DNA of 10,423 nt from Pseudobacteriovorax sp. (GTDB lineage: Bacteria > Bdellovibrionota_B > Oligoflexia > Oligoflexales > Oligoflexaceae): positions 1-10,423 of the forward strand of contig JBNKNM010000199.1 in NCBI GenBank assembly GCA_050293845.1. The letters run 5' to 3'. Below, in pieces: positions 1-8,074 of the stretch. The notes under the pieces were generated by a model. The model ran no database searches. It had not been told where the DNA came from and worked only from the letters and a program-made list of their open reading frames with translations. Position 1 is the first letter of the stretch. Each line of letters begins with the position of its first letter. The translations under genes were made by a program, and so were the position numbers.

Positions 1-50
1 ATGAAAAGCACCCTAATCATGGGGATGATGATTTTTTAGTAGATTCGTAA
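1..50 (+). CDS. tnpA: 3' end of a gene running in from the left, probably IS200/IS605-family Y1 transposase TnpA (tail EKHPNHGDDDFLVDS*)
   Basis: Frame starting at nt 3 reads EKHPNHGDDDFLVDS then TAA at 48-50. From recall, this resembles the acidic 'H..P..DD.F' tails of IS200-group TnpA. It is immediately followed by IS200-type end hairpins. Only 15 codons are visible. Confidence 0.45.
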   Translation, partial: EKHPNHGDDDFLVDS

Positions 51-120
51 CATTTGCAGATCTTCGCATGACTTCTAGTCAATCCATTGAACCTCTGGAC
101 TTTAAGTCCAGAGTGGTTCA
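1..120 (+). mobile_element. Right end of an IS200/IS605-family insertion sequence (partial)
   Basis: Mini-hairpin TGACT-TCT-AGTCA at 69-81. Perfect inverted repeat CTCTGGACTT(93-102)/AAGTCCAGAG(104-113), flanked by TGAAC (88-92) and GTTCA (116-120). A subterminal hairpin with a 5' guide motif and a terminal TTCA-like cleavage motif is the HUH/Y1 IS end architecture. Confidence 0.55.
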
Positions 121-304
121 GTTTTTAAAAATTACTAACTGCATATAAAAAACTACTAATAAATACCACGCCATGAGCTGGGATTGTGGAGTAAACTTTG
201 GTACTTGCAACAGCCACCTTCCCATTACTGAATGTACTGAGAGGCCCTAAAAAATGCAGATAATATTTCAAAATTCATCGTCTCCTACATACAATAGGCC
301 TATC

Positions 305-987
305 ATGAAAAAATCCCTTGTCGGTTCCTAACATTTATATGCTCTCTTGTTCTTCTCTCCAGTTGTGGAAAGTTGAGTAATAATTTTGATTTAGAACTGT
401 CCGAATGTGGCGAGAAAGGAGATAAAGATACAGAGCTGATACGAGTTATGCACCTGCAGAAGGGGCAACTTGAGGGAGGTAGTTTCGAAGTGCTTACTGA
501 AAGTGAGAACGGTTGGAATTTAAGCGACCACTTAGCAACCGAAGGGGGTTGTGTAAAATATAGTGGCAAACCTTTGATCGTCAGGAGCAATGATAAAAAG
601 TTAGCAGAGGTCATCGGTCGAACCCATTCTTCGAAAGTCGCTCTTAGGAAAATTCCTTTGGTTGACATGAGCGGTCTATGCCCCCAAGCTTTGCACACTA
701 TTTCTGGCGAAGTGGCCTTTGATCTTCTTAGACTACCAGCCTATGAACAGAAGTACGATAGAGTTCAGCTTTTCGATATTGCAATTGATAACGACCTTGA
801 CGAAGACGAACCGATAATTTCAGTTTTCAATCAAACTTTTAATATGCTTCGTGACATGCGATTTAATAGCGACATATTTTATATAAATGGCAGGTATCGA
901 TACTCTATTACAATCGTAGTGAAAAAATTTATTTCTGGCAAATACAAGTCATATCTATGTGAATTTAAGACTATATCAAGAAGCTGA
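305..987 (+). CDS. Hypothetical lipoprotein (paralog 1), frameshifted in the signal peptide; possible pseudogene. Intact body ORF is 373-987
   Basis: ATG at 305 is followed by A6 (308-313) and hits TAA after 8 codons. Adding one A gives MKKIPCRFLTFICSLVLLSS-C-GKLSNNFDL, a classic lipoprotein signal with LSSC lipobox, in frame with the 204-aa ORF. No ATG/GTG/TTG lies in frame between the stop at 295-297 and nt 373. Confidence 0.75.
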
Positions 988-997
988 AGGGGAGCGA

Positions 998-1721
998 ATG
1001 AAAGGAGTTAAGTCGAGGGCTATATGGGGAACTTCAAACATTCGTTCTGATTCAATTGTCTTGTGGCGAAATTAGCAACGAATTTGACTTAAAATCCTAC
1101 GAGTGTGGTGGTGACACTAGCGTTGGTTTTTCTATAAAAAAAGTTCTTGATGAAGACGGTAATGCCGTTTCTAAGGAACTTTTAAACGTATTCGCTTTGA
1201 AAGACGAAACTTTGTGGCAAAGTGCAGAGGATTCTGCTACCGAAAATGGGTGCGTCGTTTTTAAAGAGGGTACCGACAAGATACTAGTCACACACAGAAG
1301 AAAGAGTCTTGGTAAGCTTATAGAAATTTCAGATCCAGAGACAGTCGCCCTGGAAGCAATCGATCCGCCAGAGGTTACTAGTATATGTCCTGAACTTTTT
1401 ATCGACTCAGACAAGAACTTAGTTATTGCTTGGGATCAAGTAAACCTTTTTGATGATGAATTGAACAACATTCGGTCCTATGACGTAAAGTTTGAGGTAG
1501 ACGACGACCAGTACTTCAATCGAAAAAACCTTTCCATAGATGATGTCCTCAGTTTAGAGATAACTGATCTTGAAATGAATCTTAATGATAAAAAGATCTA
1601 CACTCTTTCGATTCAAGAAAGCTCGACATTGTTGTTATCCTCCCACCTGAGTCAAGAGTGCAGATATACTGTTGAATACAACTATGAATGGCTGATTCCG
1701 ATATTCATTATATTATTATAA
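998..1721 (+). CDS. Hypothetical lipoprotein (paralog 2), frameshifted in the signal peptide; possible pseudogene. Intact body ORF is 1056-1721
   Basis: SD-like AGGGGAG (988-994) precedes ATG 998, whose frame terminates early. Deleting one base in GGGGAA (1026-1031) gives MKGVKSRAIW(G/E)LQTFVLIQLS-C-GEISNEFDL. It shares motifs with the upstream ORF: SCG..SN.FDL...ECG, ATE.GCV, VAL..I and CP. Confidence 0.75.
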
Positions 1722-1887
1722 TAGTTCACGAAAAGAAATTGGCAGAACTCAAAAAATAAAACTAAGTATCCAAAGTAAGTCTATCCTCAATAATTGGGGG
1801 GTTTTTAAATATTACTGATGGGACTTCATGTTGATATTCCTATCAGCTTTCCTTCTCATGGTTCTCAATTTTGGTGAATACATTTAA

Positions 1888-2234
1888 GAAAATACGATTA
1901 CTACGAAAAAAAATGTCCATTTCTTCTTTAAAAAATCTAAAGATGGTAAGGATATAATAAAAAAACTACTGGCAGCAAAACTAATTGAAAGTGATGGAGA
2001 TTTATATGAACTTACAGATCTTGGGCTTCAATTCAGGGCTGTCAAGCTTATGAGATATAAAAGATCCGCCTAAGAGTGACTATGACCAAAGAAGAATATG
2101 CTTATGAGAGCTTTTACTAGTAAAGCCATTATCCTCTATTACCTGATGAGGTATTAACTGTATAAAATTACAAGGATATTTATCTAGCTATCGTCAATTT
2201 GTTAAGCCAAAGTGAAAATAAGGATATTGGTTGA
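1888..2234 (+). pseudogene. Decayed gene remnant with a winged helix-turn-helix-like segment, possibly followed by a degenerate nucleotidyltransferase motif
   Basis: Open stretch 1888-2073 has no proper start and reads ...DIIKKLLAAKLIESDGDLYELTDLGLQFRAVK, matching the wHTH wing pattern L...LIE....Y.LT..G. A different frame later reads EVLTV*NYKDIYLAIV (2148-2195), reminiscent of the D-I-D-L-A-I motif. Confidence 0.4.
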
Positions 2235-2486
2235 TTGATTCCCGCGCTGAGCCTATGGCTTGCGGCCGGGTTTGACCTTTCATATGTAATTCCACCCACG
2301 TATCCGAAACCGGAAAGATCGAACTGCCGCTTAAAAACGGCTGGTTAGCTTATATATATTGCAATATTTCCAGATACATATAAATAATTCAGAAACACAT
2401 CAAGTTACATATTCCAAATCCCGAAGGTTATATGTATAGTGTACTAGTTATCTAATACACTAACTATGATTGACCGAGGTTTTCAC

Positions 2487-3320
2487 ATGAAATATAAAGT
2501 ATTTACACCCATCATTTTCGCCTTTGCCTTGCTATTGCAGTCTTGCACAGGAATCATGATCTACTTTATTGAGGCATCCATTGTTGAAGAAATTGAAGAA
2601 GAGTTTGATCTGCGCTCGTCCCAAGAGGATTGGGTGGAAGCTAAGGTCCACAGTCATATTCAATACCTGAGGCGAGATCTCCTTAAGGATTTGGTTGTGG
2701 TTATGGAAGAAGGACATAAGGATTACGCCGATAAAATTACCATTGAAGAGTTGGACTCGCTTAATCAAAAAACTAAAAATATCCTGGAATCCTATTTAAC
2801 CATGGTCATCAATGATGCTGGCGAGTTTGTAGCCCTTGTTGACGATGAGCAGTGGAGCTATCACCTAAAAAACAAGCATAAGCATGAAGATGAAGATAAG
2901 GAAGAAGATGATGACGATTCTTCTCCTCGTACAATGGATGACATTTTCAACGAATATGAGGACATGTATGGCTATCTATCCAGGGAGCAGAAGGACAGCA
3001 TTGCTAAACTCTATAATAATAATCCTAACAACCTTAAAAAGAATGAATTCAGTTTCGAATTAAATCTATTGGAAGATCATATCGCTGGAATCGACAAAGA
3101 AGCCAATCCTCAAAAGCACAAAAAAGCTGTAGAAGCCTTCCTTTTCGAGCCTGAGAAGATCATTGATTCTTTGCCGGTGAAAGAAATTCTAGTTCTGATC
3201 CGCGAGAAACAGGAACGGTTTGTTGCTGTGGATAATCTGATGCTTCCCGATCAACGGGAGCAGTTTAGCAAACGTATTGCTAAGAAGATTGATAAGGCTC
3301 GCTCCTATATGATCCAGTAG
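2487..3320 (+). CDS. Lipoprotein, DUF6279-like (predicted all-helical)
   Basis: SD GAGGT (2476-2480) lies 6 nt before ATG 2487, which is preferred over 2466. Signal peptide MKYKVFTPIIFAFALLLQS-C. The motifs FDLRSSQEDWV...HIQYLRRDLL, YGYLSREQKDSI and LMLPDQREQF parallel my recollection of the DUF6279 pattern (DL...Q...WHR..LP; G.L...Q; L...QR..L). Confidence 0.75.
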   Translation: MKYKVFTPIIFAFALLLQSCTGIMIYFIEASIVEEIEEEFDLRSSQEDWVEAKVHSHIQYLRRDLLKDLVVVMEEGHKDYADKITIEELDSLNQKTKNILESYLTMVINDAGEFVALVDDEQWSYHLKNKHKHEDEDKEEDDDDSSPRTMDDIFNEYEDMYGYLSREQKDSIAKLYNNNPNNLKKNEFSFELNLLEDHIAGIDKEANPQKHKKAVEAFLFEPEKIIDSLPVKEILVLIREKQERFVAVDNLMLPDQREQFSKRIAKKIDKARSYMIQ

Positions 3321-3466
3321 GTTACTCGCTTATGCTCCTATCACCCGATAATACTAAGATCGGGTTGTAATCCCTCCTCCCCCAACAATTCAAAAATTAA
3401 AAATCTTTGGCGATTAATGTGCGATACAACAAATATATGTAAGTATCAATTCGTATGATCCCTTTT

Positions 3467-3504
3467 AAAAATCCTGGTAATTGCTTACCAGGATTTTTCT
3501 TTTT
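3467..3504. terminator. Rho-independent terminator, likely bidirectional
   Basis: Perfect 14-bp inverted repeat AAAAATCCTGGTAA(3467-3480)-TTGC-TTACCAGGATTTTT(3485-3498), followed by CTTTTT. T-tracts are available on both strands. Confidence 0.75.
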
Positions 3505-4082
3505 CCATATGAATGCAGAGGAGATAAGTAAATCGATGCTGTAAATTCTATTCCATTAGTTCTACAACTGTTACATTATGACATAATTTGGTGGGAATCA
3601 ATCCAACCAGTTTCTCCTTTTAGTTGTATAAAAGCTTTCTAATGATGAAAGGTCATTGCGTCAATTAGCGAAGATGTTTCTAAATCACTTCTATTAAATC
3701 AGCTAGTAGCGAAGGAATTAACTACAAATGCATTGCATCTTCTTTTTCAACATGACCTGCAATATAACTCATTGAGAGAAGCTGCCTAGCCTTCTTCTGT
3801 AAGCAGCTAACCTATGAAAACTCAAATCATTGCTTTAGCGTGCGCCTATTCCTTTTACGGACATCCATGCTTCGAAAGTGAATAGTACGCTATGTAGACG
3901 TTTTTAAGGCCGTGTACATGCAATAAATCAACTTCCAGCGAGTCTAGGTCTTGTGTGTCCAAATCTCGATAAAGCATACTCTAAACAGACTATTTTAAGG
4001 GTTTGTATAAATAAAGTTTGACCGTCTTTTATGGCACATATCTGTGTAACTGACTTAAAATAATAATTAGAAATTTTAAATA

Positions 4083-4112
4083 TTGATAAAAAATTCTATG
4101 CCTTGATAATAT
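4083..4112 (+). promoter_or_regulatory. Candidate sigma70-type promoter for the S8 protease gene
   Basis: TTGATA (4083-4088) with GATAAT (4105-4110, 16-nt spacer) or TAATAT (4107-4112, 18-nt spacer). The context is very AT-rich, so chance matches are likely. Confidence 0.25.
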
Positions 4113-4197
4113 TTTTTTAAAATAATCTTTCCAAAACCTAGAAGTAATGCTATCCAAATTGTCTGTCTAGCCAGTAAACTTTGTTGGGAGAATACAA

Positions 4198-7100
4198 TTG
4201 AGAAAGCTTACGATTCAGAGCTTAGTTTTAGGGGCGTCTTTGTCTCTACTTGCACCCATGCAGGGTTGCCAAAACTCCTCTTCAAAGCAGGGTAAGGCTC
4301 AATTGCCTAACGTTGCGATCGACTCAGGTGATATTACGATCAATGATGATCAAGCTATCATCGAACTTGACTCCGGTGACTTCTTAAATGTGACTGTGGT
4401 GGATGGGATTTCCTATATTCCGGTGGCAGTTGCCTTAGATCATGGAGACTTTGCTCAACTTCGCACCAGGTTGAAGAACTACAGCGCTGATCAACGGCAA
4501 AACTATTTGCAAAGCGAACTATCGTCTGTTGTTAAAGTGCTCGATAAGGAACTAGGAGTGCTCAGTTCAAGGCAGTACCCTAAGCTAGGTTACTTTGTAG
4601 CCTATGTCGCCGTTGATAAGTACAACAAGATGAGCGAGATTGACTTTCCCTACAATATCGTAGCAAATCCTATCGCTAGCAGCCGTATTGACGTACATGA
4701 TTACGCTGAGTTTACATCTGTGGACCCCCGAGATCTTAGCAATGGATATAGCCCGTTGGAAGAAATGGGTATTCAGAAGTTTGAAGAGCTTATTGCCAAC
4801 GAGCTTGGTGTGACCCCTAATGGGGAAAGAGTCAAAATCGGTATCATCGACTCTGGTATTACTCTCAATCACAAGACATTTAACAACCAAGCTGGTGAAT
4901 CGCGAATCTCTTACATCGACGATTTTACGGGTGAAGGCTATATCTACTTTCATCCGCAAGCTAAGTTTACTGTCACCATTGGCAATGAAGCTGATACCTT
5001 AGTTGTAGAAGCGGAAGCACTTCAGAAAACTGTTGGTACAAGCCTTCCTGATCCAGCTAAACGTGACTCCATCAATGTTACTCTAAAGGTTAAGCGAAAC
5101 TCAGATCTTTGGAATGTCTTAACGACTCCTAATTCAGGTGCGAAACTTGGATTCTTAACGGAGTCGTCTTATGCGCCCACTCGAACCGGTGTTCCTGTGG
5201 TGGACATCAACAATGATGGTCTGACAAACTCAAACTTCGCGACAATCTTCGTACCGGGCACTAACAGCATTGCTGGTGGAACACTCTACTTCTCACAGGC
5301 TGCCAACGACTTTACTAAGTCTTCACCCCTGCGAGACTGGAACCAGAGTCGCGAGACGGTACAGATTGCAGCTGAAACTTTGGGGTTTACCTTTGGTACT
5401 ACGGAAGTTGGTACGACATCACTCATTTACGCCAAGCCTGTTGGTATCGATGGCAATGGCCATGGCACACACGTGGCAGGCATTGCAGCTGGCCAAAAGC
5501 TGTTCAGCAACGATAGCGACGAGCAACCATTGGTGAGAGGGATCGCGCCGTCCGCCGATATTCTATTTAGCCGCGTTTGCCTTGCCGCTCGCGGTTGTGT
5601 CGATGCCACAGAAGCCATAGCGCAACTAGCACTTCGCGGAGCAAAAGTCGTCAATCTCTCATTGGGCTACCTTAGTGAAAATAATGATGGCTTCGACGTT
5701 GGATCTTTAATGGCCGATCGATTGACTGAAGTTTTGGGCACCCTTTACGTCCGCTCAGCGGGCAACGAAGGCCCTGGTGTGAATACCATAGGCAACTCAG
5801 CAACTTCGCGACGGGTTCTAGCTGTGGGTGCAACTAGCTCCAATAAAATGGCAAAAAGCCTTTACCGAGTCGAAGGTGCTATCGATCCCAAATTTGAAGA
5901 TCCAAACAACCCCCTTTGGGATTCCTTTGTTACCGATTTTAGCTCCCGCGGACCTACTGCGGCGGGTGGGTTTAAGCCGGATGTTGTTGGCCCAGGTATT
6001 CTTCTCAGTGCACAACCATTGAATCATCAACCTGGATCGTTTGCCGGTGCCCGTGTTCTCCAAGGAACATCCATGTCATCACCAGCGGTTGCAGGTGCCA
6101 TTGCCATGTTGCTTGATGCAGCTCTGCTATATAATCAACAGAACCCCGATCGACCGCTTCCTCACGATCCCATCACCCTTAAAAAAGTGCTTATGGCATC
6201 AGCGCTGCCATTCAACGTCACAAGCTTTCATCCAGGTGGAGTTGAAGCTTCCACCAGCGGTAAGTATACTTGGGTAGACCAAGGACGAGGTATGGTAGAT
6301 CTTCCTTCCGCTTGGGCAGCGCTTAAGCTTGAGCGAGACCAACAGCCTATGGCGGCTGTAAGCTTGGATGGAAAAGCTGTAAATCTCGACTACGAAGTAC
6401 GAATCCTTAGAGAAAATCCTAACGGTCAAGACTTCTCCGGCGAAGTTGACGATGGCGATGCTAAAGGAAAGCGTTATGGACGGGGAATTTGGTTTAAGTA
6501 TGACGAACCTCTTCGTCGGGTGGATGTTCAGGTTACCCGCCGTTTACCACAAACCTTAAGCGATCATGAAAAGTATGGTGAATTGCTCGCTGAGCTTCGC
6601 CAATCTGCTGACCGCTTCAAGTTGACAACGGAAATACATGGATCTCACATCAACTGGTTGCGGGTGGGAACCAATGGCACGATCAACTGTTTAGGTTCAG
6701 AAGTTTCTGACCAATTGATCCTGGTAGGCGAAGGTGCCATCGAGCTTCCTAACGGTGATTCTATCGCACCGACTCATAGCGAACTGTATGTTTGCATCGA
6801 TTCCAGCAAACTCGCCACACTATCCCCAGGTGATCATGGTGCAATCATCTCTGCCTACCGAGTTGATCGCAACGATCAGGTTGAAGCTAACCCATCGTTT
6901 GAGATTCCTGTTTATCTCACAGTGCCTCACAAGACCCTTTCTGGAACGACGGCTTATGCGATCAACGATGACGTTCGTGGCCTTGATGTCGATAAACATT
7001 ATATCGAGATTCCAGAGGGTACGTCATCTGTGACAATCACTCTGGAAGTTCCAGAAATTACCACAGATACAGTGACGGCTGATCAGTGTGCCGTTGTTCT

Positions 7101-8013
7101 AGCTACAGTTTATGAGGGAACTCCAGTAGCGACAACCCCAAGTGCTGACTGGGATCGATCAGCGCCTTTTGCTCTCAACTGCTCGTTGGATGGAACTCTT
7201 AGAAAAATCAATCAGGCGAATGGAAAAACCTCATTTACTCGCCTCAACCCGAAACCAGGTATTTGGAATGTGATCATCGCTGGCTACCAATCAATCGTTA
7301 ATAGCAAATACAAGCTAACTGTTGATTTTGCTCAAGGTAAGCTTGATAGTGACGTCATTGAACTCACAAGCACTTCTCTGTCCAAGGACTTATCTTTAAA
7401 CCTTAGTGGATCGGACCCAATGATTGATTCGGATAAGTCTTCTTTCTATCTTAAGAACTTTGCAATGCGCCTTGAGAAAGCGGCTGAAGCAAAGGAAGTC
7501 ACCGTGCCACTTCTCGGTGAAGAGTTCGTTTCCTTCGATGACTCGATTCAAATGCTGCAGATCAGCACGGCTCTTTCCGAAGATTCTGACCCTAAAACTG
7601 ACTTAGATATTTTACTTTTAGAGTGTATAAGCCAAGACTCAACGACCTGCCGTGCTGTTGCATCCAGTGCTGGTGCAGATTCTAACGAACAGTTTGTTGC
7701 CGATGTTGAGGTAGGTAAATATTATCAACTTAAGGTCGTCGGCTATACCGTACCCAAAGTTGGCGATCTTTACACCATCGACATGAAACTATACGGCAAA
7801 CCAGAGCCTCAAACTCTTAATGTTGGCGACTTTGTGGACTCGACCTACAACTTAGGCATCGCTGTCGATTCTAGCTCTGCCTATCTCACAAGCCCATATT
7901 TCCTAGATTTAGGGCTCGATATAGTAGGGCAGATCGATCTTGTCAATAGTAAGGGTCAGTTACGGATGTCCGTCTACCCCGTAAAAGTTCTAGCGACACC
8001 TAGTAGCAACTAG
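4198..8013 (+). CDS. S8 family (subtilisin-like) serine peptidase, probable lipoprotein, with a large Asp-His insertion and C-terminal PPC-like domains
   Basis: 1271-aa ORF with GGGAG SD (4186-4190) before a TTG start. Catalytic motifs are IGIIDSG (D218), HGTHVAG (H422), SAGNEG (oxyanion N523) and GTSMSSP (S625); FSSRGP and KPDVVGPG are also present. The signal peptide ends ..LLAPMQG-C24. PPC-like segments are HYIEIPEGTSSVTITL and DLDILL...VASSAGADSNEQ...GKYYQLKVVGY. Confidence 0.95.
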   Translation: MRKLTIQSLVLGASLSLLAPMQGCQNSSSKQGKAQLPNVAIDSGDITINDDQAIIELDSGDFLNVTVVDGISYIPVAVALDHGDFAQLRTRLKNYSADQRQNYLQSELSSVVKVLDKELGVLSSRQYPKLGYFVAYVAVDKYNKMSEIDFPYNIVANPIASSRIDVHDYAEFTSVDPRDLSNGYSPLEEMGIQKFEELIANELGVTPNGERVKIGIIDSGITLNHKTFNNQAGESRISYIDDFTGEGYIYFHPQAKFTVTIGNEADTLVVEAEALQKTVGTSLPDPAKRDSINVTLKVKRNSDLWNVLTTPNSGAKLGFLTESSYAPTRTGVPVVDINNDGLTNSNFATIFVPGTNSIAGGTLYFSQAANDFTKSSPLRDWNQSRETVQIAAETLGFTFGTTEVGTTSLIYAKPVGIDGNGHGTHVAGIAAGQKLFSNDSDEQPLVRGIAPSADILFSRVCLAARGCVDATEAIAQLALRGAKVVNLSLGYLSENNDGFDVGSLMADRLTEVLGTLYVRSAGNEGPGVNTIGNSATSRRVLAVGATSSNKMAKSLYRVEGAIDPKFEDPNNPLWDSFVTDFSSRGPTAAGGFKPDVVGPGILLSAQPLNHQPGSFAGARVLQGTSMSSPAVAGAIAMLLDAALLYNQQNPDRPLPHDPITLKKVLMASALPFNVTSFHPGGVEASTSGKYTWVDQGRGMVDLPSAWAALKLERDQQPMAAVSLDGKAVNLDYEVRILRENPNGQDFSGEVDDGDAKGKRYGRGIWFKYDEPLRRVDVQVTRRLPQTLSDHEKYGELLAELRQSADRFKLTTEIHGSHINWLRVGTNGTINCLGSEVSDQLILVGEGAIELPNGDSIAPTHSELYVCIDSSKLATLSPGDHGAIISAYRVDRNDQVEANPSFEIPVYLTVPHKTLSGTTAYAINDDVRGLDVDKHYIEIPEGTSSVTITLEVPEITTDTVTADQCAVVLATVYEGTPVATTPSADWDRSAPFALNCSLDGTLRKINQANGKTSFTRLNPKPGIWNVIIAGYQSIVNSKYKLTVDFAQGKLDSDVIELTSTSLSKDLSLNLSGSDPMIDSDKSSFYLKNFAMRLEKAAEAKEVTVPLLGEEFVSFDDSIQMLQISTALSEDSDPKTDLDILLLECISQDSTTCRAVASSAGADSNEQFVADVEVGKYYQLKVVGYTVPKVGDLYTIDMKLYGKPEPQTLNVGDFVDSTYNLGIAVDSSSAYLTSPYFLDLGLDIVGQIDLVNSKGQLRMSVYPVKVLATPSSN

Positions 8014-8034
8014 ATCTCAGTCATTCTTGCTGGT

Positions 8035-8062
8035 GGGAGGCTCTAGAAAGTCTCCCTTTTTT
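8035..8062 (+). terminator. Rho-independent terminator of the S8 protease gene
   Basis: GGGAGGCT(8035-8042)-CTAGAA-AGTCTCCC(8049-8056) forms an 8-bp stem with one G-U pair, followed by TTTTTT (8057-8062). It starts 21 nt after the stop codon. Confidence 0.85.
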
Positions 8063-8074
8063 ATCTTGATAAAA

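Noticed and set aside
303..1414. Minus-strand ORFs 303-698 and 1097-1414
   Set aside because: They are antisense shadows of the two lipoprotein genes, Ser-rich and without motifs, whereas the plus-strand paralogy is clear.
1688..1759. Short ORF MADSDIHYIIIIVHEKKLAELKK overlapping the end of paralog 2
   Set aside because: It has 23 codons, no SD and no recognisable motif.
2532..2768. Minus-strand 78-aa ORF
   Set aside because: It lies entirely antisense to the DUF6279-like lipoprotein.
3344..3365. Hairpin ACCCGAT/ATCGGGT after the lipoprotein stop, next to a CCCTCCTCCCC anti-SD-like tract
   Set aside because: The stem is 7 bp with no U-tract, and no start codon follows the minus-strand GGAGG. 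That is not enough to call a terminator or sRNA.
3505..3720. Minus-strand fragment KAFIQLKGETGWIDSHQIMS resembling an SH3b C-terminal motif, pointing into the terminator
   Set aside because: It is only 20 codons between stops. It may be a gene relic, but this cannot be supported without a search.
3321..4197. Riboswitch or ncRNA in the long intergenic region before the S8 gene
   Set aside because: I recognised no riboswitch consensus or extended structure, only the terminator and weak stems.
4585..7606. Numerous small alternative-frame and antisense ORFs within the S8 gene
   Set aside because: They are nested in a long, motif-validated CDS and have no independent signals.
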